Assembly (NCBI GenBank): GCA_964373045.1
Contig: CAYJSI010000005.1
Location: forward strand, 371-64,370
Length of the DNA stretch: 64,000 nucleotides
From: an uncultured bacterium
GTDB lineage: Bacteria > Omnitrophota > Omnitrophia > Omnitrophales > Aquincolibacteriaceae
Reading direction: 5' to 3'
Part shown: positions 37,024 through 47,429 of the stretch, piece after piece
How positions within the stretch are numbered: the first letter of the stretch is position 1
Layout of the letters: the number at the start of each line of letters is the position of its first letter
The notes under the pieces: generated by a model
Databases searched by the model: none
Seen by the model: the letters and a program-made list of their open reading frames with translations, nothing else
Told to the model about the DNA's origin: nothing
Translations under genes and position numbers: made by a program

Positions 37024-38205
37024 ATGAAAACCTTCTACTTTGACTATAACGCTACAACCCCGCTGGCCCCGGAAGTCCGCCGGGCCATGGAGCCCTTCTG
37101 GGCCGATTGTTTTGCGAATCCTTCCAGCCTCCACAGCCTGGGGCAGAAGGCTGCAAAGGCTGTGCGCCTTGCCAGAAAACAGGTAGCGCGATTCATCGGT
37201 GCCGTAAGCGATGAGGAAATTATTTTTACAAGCGGTGGAACGGAAAGCAACAACACGGCCATCCGCTCAGCCCTTGCGACATCGGGAAAGAAAAAAATTA
37301 TCACAAGCGCCGTGGAACACTCCAGCGTTCTCAAACTCTGCCGCGAGCTTACCAAAGAGGGGTACAAAGTCTTTGAAATCCCCGTTCATGCTTCCGGGGC
37401 GCCTAATCTTCAAGCACTTAAAGAAATCCTCTGTGAGCAGACGGCGATCGTTTCACTTATGCTGGCCAATAATGAAACGGGTGTTTTGTTTCCCGTAGAA
37501 ACGATGGGCCGGCTTGTGAAGGAGAAAGGAATCCTTTTTCATGTGGATGCCGTACAGGCCTTGGGGAAGTTTCCGCTTCGGGTCTCTCAAATGCCGATTG
37601 ATTTTCTTTCTCTTTCCGCCCACAAAAATTATGGCCCAAAAGGGGTCGGGGCTCTTTATGTTAGGAAGGGAGTAACCTATCGACCCCTTATCCTCGGAGG
37701 AGGGCAGGAGCGCGGCCGCCGCGGCGGCACTGAAAATGTGGCGGGTCTCGTGGGTTTTGGAGAGGCCTGTGCGTTGAGTGAATCAAACCTATCTGCCGAA
37801 ATTGAGCGCCTCACTTCTTTGCGTAATCACTTTGAAAAAAAAGTTTTGAGTTCTATTCCCGAGGTCGCAGTGAATGGTGCTGGTGTTGAACGCCTTTGCA
37901 ATACAAGCAACCTTCGTTTTCGGGGTATCGAAGCCGAGACGCTGCTGCTTACCCTGGACCAAAAGGGCATTTGTGTGTCAAGCGGATCGGCCTGCATGAG
38001 CGGCGCCCACGATCCTTCTCATGTCTTGAAGGCCATGGGGCTTTCTGATGAGGAGGCAAACGCCTCGATTCGCTTCAGCTTCGGCCGGCCTACGACCGAA
38101 GACGACATCCAGCATCTTGTCGCTCAGCTTGCGGAGGCAGTTAAGCGGTTGCGGTCTCTTAAGGCGGCATCCCAACAAACCCGAACACCCATGGTTACGG
38201 TCTAG
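37024..38205 (+). CDS. cysteine desulfurase (NifS/IscS family)
   Basis: FDYNATTP N-terminus and the class V aminotransferase fold. The active-site Cys loop is SSGSACMSG, which is NifS-type. Confidence 0.9.
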   Translation: MKTFYFDYNATTPLAPEVRRAMEPFWADCFANPSSLHSLGQKAAKAVRLARKQVARFIGAVSDEEIIFTSGGTESNNTAIRSALATSGKKKIITSAVEHSSVLKLCRELTKEGYKVFEIPVHASGAPNLQALKEILCEQTAIVSLMLANNETGVLFPVETMGRLVKEKGILFHVDAVQALGKFPLRVSQMPIDFLSLSAHKNYGPKGVGALYVRKGVTYRPLILGGGQERGRRGGTENVAGLVGFGEACALSESNLSAEIERLTSLRNHFEKKVLSSIPEVAVNGAGVERLCNTSNLRFRGIEAETLLLTLDQKGICVSSGSACMSGAHDPSHVLKAMGLSDEEANASIRFSFGRPTTEDDIQHLVAQLAEAVKRLRSLKAASQQTRTPMVTV

Positions 38206-38211
38206 GACGTT

Positions 38212-39252
38212 ATGACGGTTACAAAGGAAATGATCCTCGAAACGCTTCGCAAGGTCGAGGACCCCGAGCTTAAGCGGGATATTATTTCGCTTGGCATGCT
38301 GCGTGATATTGCAACCGATCACGGCAAGATTTTTATTCATCTTGAGATCACCACACCTTCGGAGCCATTAAAATCGTTACTCAAACAAAGCGTTCAAGAG
38401 CATGTAAGAAAAATTCCGGGCGTCTCGGATGTTACGGTGCAAATCTCAACACAGGCGAGCCGCCGGGGTCCCGCCTTCTCAAATCAATCGCCCGTGGCCG
38501 GGATTCGGCGCGTCATTGCGGTGGCGAGCGGAAAAGGAGGGGTCGGGAAGACGACCGTGGCCGTGAACCTTGCGCTTGCCGTGGCCCAACGCGGTTACAA
38601 AGTCGGCCTGATGGATGGTGATATTTACGGGCCCAACGTTCCTTTGATGCTGGGGGCTGCTGAGAACGCCAGGCCTTCGGTGACTCAAGATGAAAAAATG
38701 GGTCCGCTGGAACTCCACGGCATCAAGATGATTTCCATGGGGATTTTAGTACCGCCCGACCAGCCCATGATTTGGCGCGGCCCAATGCTTCACAATGCCG
38801 TCAGCCAATTTGTCCAAAAAGTAGATTGGGGGACACTCGATTTTCTTTTTGTGGATCTTCCTCCCGGGACGGGGGATGTCCAGTTATCGCTCGTGCAAGT
38901 GGTGCCCTTGACGGGCGCTGTGATCGTGACCACACCCCAAGAGGTGGCGCTCCTGGATGTCCGCAAGGGGATTGCCATGTTTCAGAAGACGGCAGTTCCG
39001 ATCCTGGGAATGATTGAAAATATGACAGGTGAAATATTTGGACGAGGCGGGGGCAAAAAGGCTGCGGAACAGTTTCGAGTGCCCTTGCTATGTGAAATTC
39101 CTCTTGATCCACGCGTTCGCGAGGGAGGCGATGCGGGAATGCCCATTGTGGTGGGAGCGCCGTCCTCTCCAAGCGCACGCTGTTTTTTTAAGGCCGCGGA
39201 CACCTTAATCGAAATTCTGGCGGAAAAAGATCAAACCGCACAAAGGAGGTAA
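38212..39252 (+). CDS. Mrp/ApbC/NBP35-family Fe-S cluster carrier ATPase
   Basis: N-terminal DUF59/MIP18 domain, a deviant Walker A ([11 protein letters not shown]) and a CxxC motif region. Confidence 0.9.
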   Translation: MTVTKEMILETLRKVEDPELKRDIISLGMLRDIATDHGKIFIHLEITTPSEPLKSLLKQSVQEHVRKIPGVSDVTVQISTQASRRGPAFSNQSPVAGIRRVIAVASGKGGVGKTTVAVNLALAVAQRGYKVGLMDGDIYGPNVPLMLGAAENARPSVTQDEKMGPLELHGIKMISMGILVPPDQPMIWRGPMLHNAVSQFVQKVDWGTLDFLFVDLPPGTGDVQLSLVQVVPLTGAVIVTTPQEVALLDVRKGIAMFQKTAVPILGMIENMTGEIFGRGGGKKAAEQFRVPLLCEIPLDPRVREGGDAGMPIVVGAPSSPSARCFFKAADTLIEILAEKDQTAQRR

Positions 39253-39256
39253 TTCG

Positions 39257-39853
39257 ATGAGTTCTAATTTTGCTTCACTTAAAAAGATTCAGGAGTTTGA
39301 AAGAATGGAAGGGTTGGTTCACCAGCTTTTGGGTTTGCTGGGCGAAGACCAGAACCGCGAGGGCCTTGTGAAAACCCCGAGGCGGGTTGTGGAATCGCTT
39401 CGTTATCTTACTCAAGGGTATCGCCAGGACGTCAAAAAGGTTCTGAATAACGCTATTTTTTCCGAGCCCTACGATGAAATGGTGGTGGTCAAGGATATTG
39501 AAATTTTTTCCCTCTGCGAACATCACCTTCTTCCTTTTTATGGCAAGGCCCACGTGGCCTATATCCCCAACGGGAAAATCATCGGTTTGAGCAAAATTCC
39601 CCGGGTGGTGGAGGTCTTTGCAAAGCGGCTTCAAGTGCAGGAGCGTTTAACAAGCCAAGTTGCGGAATCTCTTATGGAGGCGCTGCGCCCTCGCGGTGTT
39701 GGGGTTGTGATTGAGGCCCTGCATCTTTGCATGGCCATGAGGGGTGTTGAAAAACGCAGTGCTTTTACCGTGACAAGTGCCATGTTAGGAAGTTTTCGAA
39801 GTTCCGAACGGGTTCGAGGAGAATTTTTGAGCTTGATCAACCGCAAAGGTTGA
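39257..39853 (+). CDS. folE: GTP cyclohydrolase I
   Basis: [21 protein letters not shown] and the zinc-binding Cys/His motifs of FolE. Confidence 0.9.
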   Translation: MSSNFASLKKIQEFERMEGLVHQLLGLLGEDQNREGLVKTPRRVVESLRYLTQGYRQDVKKVLNNAIFSEPYDEMVVVKDIEIFSLCEHHLLPFYGKAHVAYIPNGKIIGLSKIPRVVEVFAKRLQVQERLTSQVAESLMEALRPRGVGVVIEALHLCMAMRGVEKRSAFTVTSAMLGSFRSSERVRGEFLSLINRKG

Positions 39854-39858
39854 GGAGA

Positions 39859-40899
39859 TTAAGATTTAGCGAGCTGCTTTTCTAATTCTTCTACACGCTT
39901 GCGAAGTTCGCGGATGTCTTCCAGCATTTCAGCCGATCGAAGCTGGGCTGCCAACTGCCTTCGTGCTTCCTGATAAGGCCGGGCGGGCTGTCCAAAAACA
40001 ATTTGCTTGGCTGGAACTTTTTTCCCTGTAGGAAAACCGGCCCCTGCACCCACCAGGGTCCAATCGCCAATTTCTACGTGATCCCCCAATCCCACCTTGC
40101 CTCCCATGGTGACATGGGACCCAATTTTGCAGCTGCCTGAAATACCCGTTTGGGCGGAAATCACCGTGTGCGGCCCAATCGAGACATTATGTCCGACCTG
40201 GACCAGGTTATCGATCTTACACCCCCGTCCGATGCGGGTCGAACCAATCGTGGCGCGGTCAATGGTCACACAAGCCCCGAGCTCGACCTCATCCTCGATG
40301 ATCACATTTCCCACCTGCTGAATTTTTTCCTGCCCCGTGCTGGTGGCGACATAGCCGAAGCCATCCGCCCCGACAATGCTTCCGGCATGAATAATGACCG
40401 AGGATCCGATCTGGCAGTTTTCATAAATTACCACACCCGGGTGCAGCACCGAATGGGCGCCGAGATGGACCTTGGGTCCGACATAGGCGTGGCTTTGAAT
40501 CACGGCGCCGTCTCCGATTTGGGCCAGTTCGGAGATGACCGCAAAGGGTTCAATGGTGACACGCTTTCCGATCCGGGCCGTTTTGGCGATCGAGGCCTTT
40601 GGAGAAATTTTTTTGGAGTAAGCCGCGGCAGGGTGAAAGACCCGCAATAATTTTGCCCAGGCAAGCTTTGGCTCCGAAACCCGGATTAAACATTTAGCCG
40701 CCGATTGTAAGCTTGGCGGGACAATGAGGCAGGCAATCTCAGAGGATTCAAGTTTCTGCAGGCTCTTTTCGTCCTGAACAAACGTGATCAAGCCCGCGCC
40801 GGGGGTTTCGATATTGGTAATCCCACGAATGGGGGTTTTGCCGTCACCCATGACTTTTCCGTGGACTAAATCAGCCAATTCCTGTACAGTTTTCGACAT
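39859..40899 (-). CDS. lpxD: UDP-3-O-acylglucosamine N-acyltransferase
   Basis: LpxD N-terminal domain plus a left-handed beta-helix of hexapeptide repeats and a C-terminal helix. Start taken at MSKTVQEL. Confidence 0.85.
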   Translation of the reverse strand: MSKTVQELADLVHGKVMGDGKTPIRGITNIETPGAGLITFVQDEKSLQKLESSEIACLIVPPSLQSAAKCLIRVSEPKLAWAKLLRVFHPAAAYSKKISPKASIAKTARIGKRVTIEPFAVISELAQIGDGAVIQSHAYVGPKVHLGAHSVLHPGVVIYENCQIGSSVIIHAGSIVGADGFGYVATSTGQEKIQQVGNVIIEDEVELGACVTIDRATIGSTRIGRGCKIDNLVQVGHNVSIGPHTVISAQTGISGSCKIGSHVTMGGKVGLGDHVEIGDWTLVGAGAGFPTGKKVPAKQIVFGQPARPYQEARRQLAAQLRSAEMLEDIRELRKRVEELEKQLAKS

Positions 40900-40956
40900 A
40901 AGTGGCCGAGTATAACAACGGCCGTAGGGTTTGTCAACGAACCGACGGATCAAAGC

Positions 40957-41868
40957 ATGAAATCAATGCACTCTTTTCAAAAACCCGCCTTTTTTTTGAT
41001 TCTATCTTTCTGTCTCCTTGGATTTTCAGGCTGTTTTGAGACGCGGTTTGACTTTAAAACCGTTGTTCACAGAGACGGTTCTGTCGACCGAAAAACTCAG
41101 ATCGACGGCCGCGGCGGATTTCTCTTTAAAATCCCTTCCGGGAAAGGCTGGCAAGCCAAGTCTTGGAAGAGCGAAGGCGACGCCGCTCTTTTGCCCGACG
41201 TTGAATATCACGTGCAGGCAGAGGGGAAATTTCCGTTCCGGCAGACGATTCCTTCGGACTATGAGTTTGATTTAGAGAAACAAAGAGAGCGGTGGGGGGA
41301 GAAAGAAAAGACGCGTCTTGAAGAGGCTGGGATTAAGCCCCCCTACGAAGAAAATCTTTATTCTAAAAATCTGATTCGAATCCACCGTGTGAAGGGCTGG
41401 CCCACGGATACCTTTTTTTACGAAGAAACCTTCGAAAACAAAGGGATTCTCGCCCTTCTTCTCCTCGATCTCAAAGATGAAGTCCGTAAGCAGAGTCAAG
41501 CCCGTGGGGAAGTCTTGAAGGAAGAAGAAATCGAGGTCCTGGCCCGATTAAGGCTAGAAGAAGAAAGTCTGCCCGAGATCCGATTTTCGAGTGAAGTGGT
41601 CATGCCCGGGAAAGTCATTTCCTCGAACGCCACCCAAATCGAAAAGGGAAAAACGGTCTGGCGGTTTTCGATGAAGGACTTCCAAAATGATCATTCTATC
41701 TACACCCTCAAGGTTGTCAGTCGATCCTTGGGCGGCGGTAGCACTGCCTTTACCGCGGTGGCGGGATTGGTTGGTGTCGGTATTTTGATTCTCGTGTGGA
41801 TGGGTCTTCGCATGCGTTCTTTCGGGAACGCAAAAAACTCCCCTAAGAAAAAAAATCCCAAGAAATAA
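40957..41868 (+). CDS. hypothetical lipoprotein with C-terminal TM anchor
   Basis: Lipobox LGFSGC and a C-terminal hydrophobic helix, followed by a KKKNPKK tail. Confidence 0.45.
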   Translation: MKSMHSFQKPAFFLILSFCLLGFSGCFETRFDFKTVVHRDGSVDRKTQIDGRGGFLFKIPSGKGWQAKSWKSEGDAALLPDVEYHVQAEGKFPFRQTIPSDYEFDLEKQRERWGEKEKTRLEEAGIKPPYEENLYSKNLIRIHRVKGWPTDTFFYEETFENKGILALLLLDLKDEVRKQSQARGEVLKEEEIEVLARLRLEEESLPEIRFSSEVVMPGKVISSNATQIEKGKTVWRFSMKDFQNDHSIYTLKVVSRSLGGGSTAFTAVAGLVGVGILILVWMGLRMRSFGNAKNSPKKKNPKK

Positions 41869-42843
41869 TCAAGCCGGTTGGATTTCTCCCGCGGGTTCCG
41901 GGCGGGGAGTGAAATCCTTAAGCCTTGCCCTTTCATTGACCTCTTCCACCCAGCTGTTGAAACGCTCGAAACGCTTCTGATTTAAAATCTCATCTCGGTA
42001 CTGGACCTTCTGATTTTCTTGAAGAGAGGTGCTCCCAACTGTTTCTTTGTTCAGCATTCGCAGGACTGCAAATTCATCACCGATTCCAAGGGGCTCCGAA
42101 ATGGCTTCGCTTTTAAGTTGACGAAGCCTTTGCGCGCTGTTTTCCGAGAGTTTCCAGGATTGAATAAAGCTATCGAGATTGACATCGGAAAGCGTGGTAA
42201 AACGGGACGAATCTCTTTTTAATTCTTCCTCCCACTGCTTGGGGTCATTTGTTTTTTGGCGGAAGGCGTCAGCCTCCCCGCGGGACTTAAATCGGATCAG
42301 TTCAACCGACGTCGTTTTTTGCCCCGCCTCAAATTTTTTCAGAATTTCCTCATCGGTCGGGGGCGGGATCGGCGTCTCATTCATTTCTTGGATCAATCTT
42401 TGAACCCGCAACAACTCCCGAATCTGACTTTCGAAATCCCGCGCGGACTCTCGAAAAGCTCCCTCCACCCAACGCTTATAGGCTTGCGGGGATGGATTTT
42501 CTATTTTTTGCAGGGCAAGAAGACGCAGGACCTCCTGACGCACTTCCTCATCCGTGACCTCGACTCGGCGGCGATGAGCCTCTTTCGAAAAAATGAGGTT
42601 TTGCCAGGCGTGTTCTCGGACCGCCTCAGGGTCTTTGGGAGTGTTTCCCGTAAAGGTAAAAATTTCACTTGCCCTTAAGAAACGATTGAATTCCTGGAAA
42701 GAAACCTCCTTTCCAAAGATTTCACCGGCGACCCTGCCTTGTTTTTGAAATTGCTGTCCGACGCTATAACCACCCCATAAAGAAAAGGCGATAATGACGG
42801 TCCAAATAATTAATTTTGTATTTTTTCGGAGACTTTTTAACAT
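41869..42843 (-). CDS. SurA-N-domain periplasmic chaperone-like protein (PpiD/SurA-like, no obvious PPIase domain)
   Basis: N-terminal TM anchor, then a SurA-N-like helical chaperone domain. Family assignment from memory. Confidence 0.5.
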   Translation of the reverse strand: MLKSLRKNTKLIIWTVIIAFSLWGGYSVGQQFQKQGRVAGEIFGKEVSFQEFNRFLRASEIFTFTGNTPKDPEAVREHAWQNLIFSKEAHRRRVEVTDEEVRQEVLRLLALQKIENPSPQAYKRWVEGAFRESARDFESQIRELLRVQRLIQEMNETPIPPPTDEEILKKFEAGQKTTSVELIRFKSRGEADAFRQKTNDPKQWEEELKRDSSRFTTLSDVNLDSFIQSWKLSENSAQRLRQLKSEAISEPLGIGDEFAVLRMLNKETVGSTSLQENQKVQYRDEILNQKRFERFNSWVEEVNERARLKDFTPRPEPAGEIQPA

Positions 42844-42856
42844 AAACGCTCCAGGG

Positions 42857-43369
42857 TTAAATGAGTTTCACATCAGCCCCTTGCAGTCGATAATCCCAGC
42901 GCCACAGACCGTGGTGGGCGCATTCGACATAAACCTGAAGATGGTTGATAACGCCATTGATCCGTATTTCCGCTTCAAAAACTTTATCAACTTTTTCGAA
43001 GCCGCGATAACCCACCACAATGCCGTCTTTATCCAAAAGGTAGACGGCCTTAATGGAATCATCGTCATTCACCGCCGGGGGATGAGGAATTCGAACAAAG
43101 ATGCGGCGAATATTCTCAAGGCCCTCCTTTCGGATCTTGCTGGTGAGGCGGGGGTCATGGAGGCCTTCGAGGCCGTGCCAGGGTCCTGGATCGGCTCGGG
43201 TATAAAGGGGCCGATTTTTAGGCAAGGCAATGACCGCGCCGGATGCCTCATCCAAGAAGTCGTTTTCACCCGCGGCTAAAGGTAAAGAAAAAAAAACGGC
43301 TCCGAGGAGATATCCCATGATGATTTGTGGGATGAAATAGTTCTGCCAGAACGGACGGAATATATTCAT
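42857..43369 (-). CDS. desulfoferrodoxin/neelaredoxin-like (superoxide-reductase-type Fe-binding domain) protein with signal peptide
   Basis: C-terminal ECAHHGLW resembles the C-N-L-H-G-L-W iron-ligand motif of superoxide reductase, and His residues sit upstream (IPHPP). It has an N-terminal signal/TM. The family call is weak. Confidence 0.35.
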   Translation of the reverse strand: MNIFRPFWQNYFIPQIIMGYLLGAVFFSLPLAAGENDFLDEASGAVIALPKNRPLYTRADPGPWHGLEGLHDPRLTSKIRKEGLENIRRIFVRIPHPPAVNDDDSIKAVYLLDKDGIVVGYRGFEKVDKVFEAEIRINGVINHLQVYVECAHHGLWRWDYRLQGADVKLI

Positions 43370-43424
43370 GGGTTCAGAGAGATTATACTTATCTTATGAA
43401 ATTGGGGCAAATGCCGAAAATTAA

Positions 43425-43847
43425 ATGAAGCATGCCCTTATCTTCGGACGAAGGAGAGAAACCTTGAAGACCATCGTGGGAAGGAAGCTTTTTTGCTGGC
43501 TGGGAATGATCCTTTTATGTTGTGCGAGCCTTTCGCCTTTGCTTTTCGCAAGCTACGATTACAAATTGGACTCGCGACAGGTCAAGATGGGTCAATTTGA
43601 ATCTGAAATAGGGGCCAAGCTTGGTCGGGGGGCAACCAATATCCTCTACGGCTGGACGGAAATTGCGCGCACCGCGACGCGGTGGTCGGGAGAACCCGAG
43701 CACGGTTTCTGGGAGGCGGTGACGATCGGAATTCCTTACGGCGTCTTTCGTATGATGGGCCGCACGATCGTCGGGGTTTACGAGGTGGCCACCTGCTACG
43801 CGCCGCAGAAACCCATTTTTTCGCCCATCGAAGGAGATGTGGTGTGA
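43425..43847 (+). CDS. exosortase-system-associated-type protein (TIGR04073-like), copy 1
   Basis: Signal peptide, then KLGRGATNILYGWTEIARTA...GIPYGVFRMMGRTIVGVYEVATCY, matching my recollection of the TIGR04073 conserved core. Not searched. Confidence 0.5.
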   Translation: MKHALIFGRRRETLKTIVGRKLFCWLGMILLCCASLSPLLFASYDYKLDSRQVKMGQFESEIGAKLGRGATNILYGWTEIARTATRWSGEPEHGFWEAVTIGIPYGVFRMMGRTIVGVYEVATCYAPQKPIFSPIEGDVV

Positions 43848-44248
43848 CCCCCTTCAGCAAAAAATCGATCTTCCTCTCTCTTTTTTTAATGGGATGCCTT
43901 GTGAGCGGATTAGTCTATGCCCTCGAATCCACCTATTCAGGCAATTATATTGTCCCGGAATTTCAGTCCGGGTTTTATCCCGAGCAGTATGAAGTGCGCG
44001 TCGGGAAAAAATTACAACGGGGTCTTGAAAACTTCTTCCTAGGCTGGCTCGAGATCCCTCACCAAATTCGATTGGAGATGGAGCGCGAAAAGAAAGAATA
44101 CTACGACCGAAGGCCGATCGCTTTTTTCCGCGGTTTCGGGAAAGGTCTTGGGCGGGCGACTCTGAGGACCGCAGTAGGGTTTTATGAAATCTTTACACTT
44201 CCCTATGCCCAGGAGCCCATCTTGGAGGAGATGCACGAATGGTGGTAA
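43844..44248 (+). CDS. exosortase-system-associated-type protein (TIGR04073-like), copy 2
   Basis: GTG start overlaps the upstream stop. Signal peptide, then KLQRGLENFFLGWLEIPHQI...GFGKGLGRATLRTAVGFYEIFTLPY, the same motif architecture as copy 1. Confidence 0.5.
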   Translation: MTPFSKKSIFLSLFLMGCLVSGLVYALESTYSGNYIVPEFQSGFYPEQYEVRVGKKLQRGLENFFLGWLEIPHQIRLEMEREKKEYYDRRPIAFFRGFGKGLGRATLRTAVGFYEIFTLPYAQEPILEEMHEWW

Positions 44249-44904
44249 TCCTGCTTGCCGGATGGATGGCCTTATTTTTTTTAAACCCCGCCGCTCAAGC
44301 CAAAGAAGAACTCCCGCTCGCCATTCTCTTTGATCGAGGGAATGCCGAGCAATCGGTGGCCGCCTTAGGAGACCGCCTGCTCGCAAAAGATGATACTTAT
44401 GAAAACTACCGCGTCCTTACTTTTGAACCTCACGAAATTGCCCTTGAAGATGAGCAAAGCCGCGAAATGCTTAAATGGGCAGAAAGGGGAATGACGAGTG
44501 ACAGGATGATGCGGCGCGCACGTCATCTTTTTGTGGTCAAGCAGATGAAGGCGATCTATGAGTCTCAGATTCATTATTTTCACCAATTTTCTGAAGGCTA
44601 TGCCCCGGATCTTGTGACCTTGATTCGTCAGGAATATCTGGCTGATGGGTTTGAGAATTTTCGAAAGCAGGAGTATGATTTCCGAATCACTGAAACCAGC
44701 GTCGAATTCAAGAAAGACCCGACTTTTTTAGCGATCGCGTCGCCCTCAGAAACAATCCGACCCGATTTTTATTTTTCAGTCGATCATCTAGGACTCGTGC
44801 GGTTTACCGAAATACCGGATCGCTTGAAGCAGGCCCCGGTTTGGGATTATACAGACCATGGATCCGGTCCTCCAAGCCGCTCTCTTGGCATTGAGGAAGA
44901 TTAG
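44239..44904 (+). CDS. secreted hypothetical protein
   Basis: Signal peptide; no recognisable domain; start overlaps the upstream gene. Confidence 0.45.
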   Translation: MVVILLAGWMALFFLNPAAQAKEELPLAILFDRGNAEQSVAALGDRLLAKDDTYENYRVLTFEPHEIALEDEQSREMLKWAERGMTSDRMMRRARHLFVVKQMKAIYESQIHYFHQFSEGYAPDLVTLIRQEYLADGFENFRKQEYDFRITETSVEFKKDPTFLAIASPSETIRPDFYFSVDHLGLVRFTEIPDRLKQAPVWDYTDHGSGPPSRSLGIEED

Positions 44905-45904
44905 GGTGGCGAAACGCCTGCAAAAAGTTTTTATCCGCCTGGGAGTTTTTTTTGCGTGCGGGATATTTTTTTTGCCTTTGAGTCTCAGGGCCGATTATGA
45001 CGAGGAACTTCGAGATCAGATCCAATCCGTGCAAACACGGCACGTACGCTTCAAAACCCTTGAGTATTTTCATGACATGGGGATCCTTGCCCGCAAAGCG
45101 GATGAGGCCGAGCTTACTCCCCTCACGACTGAGATCGTAAAATCGCTGCTATTGAAAACAATGGAAGAGTATGTGACAGGAGAGTTAAAGCACATCAATG
45201 AACTTTATGTCACCGATCCCTCCGCTGCCACGGAGCTGCTTATCTCCCTCAATCGTTTTGAGCGTTTTTATCAGCCGACCGAAGATTACAAGGGGACGAC
45301 TCACGGCCAGGTTTTGTCGGCGGAATTAGCGCGCTTGAGGGGCGAGGCCCTTCTTGATCTCGCCCACTCCTGCTCGGATGACTCCATCTTAAAAGGGCTT
45401 CACGCCCTGCGCGCCACAGGGGTTTTTGTCACGAATCATAGCGAAGAGGTTTCACGTTTGCAGGAAATCGCATCGGGTCTCGATTGCTGCCTCGGCTGGA
45501 AAACGCATCTTGATTTTCAAAGCCAGAAGGAATTTGAAAACGATTACGAAAAAGGTGTCTTGGTTGAAGAAGTTCATTTAAAATTGCTGACAAACCGGAA
45601 AAATTATCAGCGGGCAAAGTGGAGTGGGGAATGGATCTACCGGTTTAAAGGACGGGAAGGGGCGGGGGAGGGCTTGAGCCAGGCCACCTTTGAATACTTG
45701 AAGGGGAGCGATGTCGCCCAACTTGCGATTTCGGCCAGCAGGGTTTCCTCTGCAGGTCGCATTAATTTTCCCATGCGGCTTGCCGGTGAAAAACGCGAGG
45801 TGTCCATGGCGGGAAAACCGATTGTGCCTGAGGTTAACTTTCCAAACGCCACGACTCCTGTCGTGCTTGTCGGTTGCCTGCAGGCCAAGGGTAAAAATGA
45901 ATAA
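44858..45904 (+). CDS. hypothetical membrane-anchored protein
   Basis: One N-terminal TM; no recognisable domain; overlaps both neighbours. Confidence 0.45.
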   Translation: MDPVLQAALLALRKIRVAKRLQKVFIRLGVFFACGIFFLPLSLRADYDEELRDQIQSVQTRHVRFKTLEYFHDMGILARKADEAELTPLTTEIVKSLLLKTMEEYVTGELKHINELYVTDPSAATELLISLNRFERFYQPTEDYKGTTHGQVLSAELARLRGEALLDLAHSCSDDSILKGLHALRATGVFVTNHSEEVSRLQEIASGLDCCLGWKTHLDFQSQKEFENDYEKGVLVEEVHLKLLTNRKNYQRAKWSGEWIYRFKGREGAGEGLSQATFEYLKGSDVAQLAISASRVSSAGRINFPMRLAGEKREVSMAGKPIVPEVNFPNATTPVVLVGCLQAKGKNE

Positions 45905-47429
45905 ACGCGCGCTTAGTGTGATAGGTGTTTCTTATGTGATTATTTTTTTCTTCCTCACCCTTCCCGCGACCTCCCTCCTTGCAAAAAAAACGGAGGAAGA
46001 AAAAACCATTCAGTATCCTTCGAGCGTTGAAGACCTAAGCGACCGCAATTATTTCATAAGGCTCCGGCAGCTGATCGCCTATTCCAAAAATACTATCGAT
46101 GTTGCCATAAGCACGATGGCCGTAAGCGACATCCCGAATGATCCCGTGGCGACCCTCCTTGAGGATTTAATCCTTGCGACCAAGCGGGGAGTCCGCGTCC
46201 GATTTTTTTTAAATACTTTCAGTGGGAGCACGTTTGAGAGTTCGATTTTTCTTCGTGAGGATAAACTTCAGACCTTAAGAAGTCACAAAATCGAGATCCA
46301 TTTTGTTCATCCCCGCTATCGATACATGGATCAACTCGTCATTTTTGACCGCGAGTGGGTGCTCGATGGCGGTCTTCCCTGGACGGCCGCGGCGTTAAAT
46401 GAAGCCCTTGGATCCGCGACGTTGTCCTATTCCATGATCTTAGCGGACCAGAAAAGAGTTCGTCTCGAACTTTTGCCGCTCTGGGATGTCCAAATGGCGA
46501 AGGAGGAGCGCCGCGACGGGCGCCTCGCGGTTCCCTTCTTCCTCCTTAAGGAGATGAGACACTTTCCGGCTATGGCGAAAGTCGACGACGGGGATTCCAT
46601 GAAAATCTATCTCGCGATTCTTCGCCTTTTTTATCTCGCCCATCAGGACCCGCTTCGAGTGAATTTCGAGGAATTGGGGCATCAAATTCCGGCCGCCAGT
46701 ACGATTGATCGGGGGGCGTTGATTTTTCAGGTGGTCCAGTCTTTACGCCGTCTTGAAAAGGAGTATGAACTCATCACCTTGGTGAAAGAGGAAGCCGAGC
46801 GCTCAGAAATCCGACTCCTTTTACCTGAAAATAGGGCGCCCTTGGTCGGTGTGCCGCACGCTTTTTTTGACGAACACTACGCCAAAGAACTTTCTCCCGA
46901 GGCTATCTACACGTACCTCATTATCTTGTATCGATTGCAAATGAGCGGGGAGTCTCCGGTCTGGCTGGGTTCGGAGCGGAACATCGAGCAGGATTTTCCA
47001 CTGACGCAGGAAAACTTTCGATTCGGTATGCGAGAATTGAAGCGTCAAAATTTAATCGAAACCTTTCCCTTTCGGCTTTCCTTCGGCAAAGGCTATGAAG
47101 GAGAAGAGACGCTCGAGGCACGCTACTTAATCAATCCCATCCCGGCTCTTTCGGAGCGGCTCCGTACTTGGAATCGCATGCATGAGGAATTTGGCCGCGA
47201 TGAATTCTTAAAAGCCCGTGAACTTGCGGATCTCTTAGGCGAACCGGAAGACCCCAAGGTGGTAAGCGCCTATATTGAGTTCCTGAAAAAATATCCCGAG
47301 GAGCATGTGCGCTCATTGACGCAGCACGTGGCCGTGCTCACCCCGCGCAGCACCCCCGCCCTCTTGGATTATTTAAGCATGCTCCTCCACAACGAAACTC
47401 AGGCGAATGCCCAGCTTGCAACCACGTAA
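45897..47429 (+). CDS. secreted PLD-like-domain protein (HKD motif apparently degenerate) with C-terminal helical domain
   Basis: Signal peptide. The N-terminal half has the PLD-like fold pattern (ILATKRGVRVRFFLN ... VIFDREWVLDGG), but YMDQ stands where HxK is expected. Confidence 0.4.
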   Translation: MNKRALSVIGVSYVIIFFFLTLPATSLLAKKTEEEKTIQYPSSVEDLSDRNYFIRLRQLIAYSKNTIDVAISTMAVSDIPNDPVATLLEDLILATKRGVRVRFFLNTFSGSTFESSIFLREDKLQTLRSHKIEIHFVHPRYRYMDQLVIFDREWVLDGGLPWTAAALNEALGSATLSYSMILADQKRVRLELLPLWDVQMAKEERRDGRLAVPFFLLKEMRHFPAMAKVDDGDSMKIYLAILRLFYLAHQDPLRVNFEELGHQIPAASTIDRGALIFQVVQSLRRLEKEYELITLVKEEAERSEIRLLLPENRAPLVGVPHAFFDEHYAKELSPEAIYTYLIILYRLQMSGESPVWLGSERNIEQDFPLTQENFRFGMRELKRQNLIETFPFRLSFGKGYEGEETLEARYLINPIPALSERLRTWNRMHEEFGRDEFLKARELADLLGEPEDPKVVSAYIEFLKKYPEEHVRSLTQHVAVLTPRSTPALLDYLSMLLHNETQANAQLATT

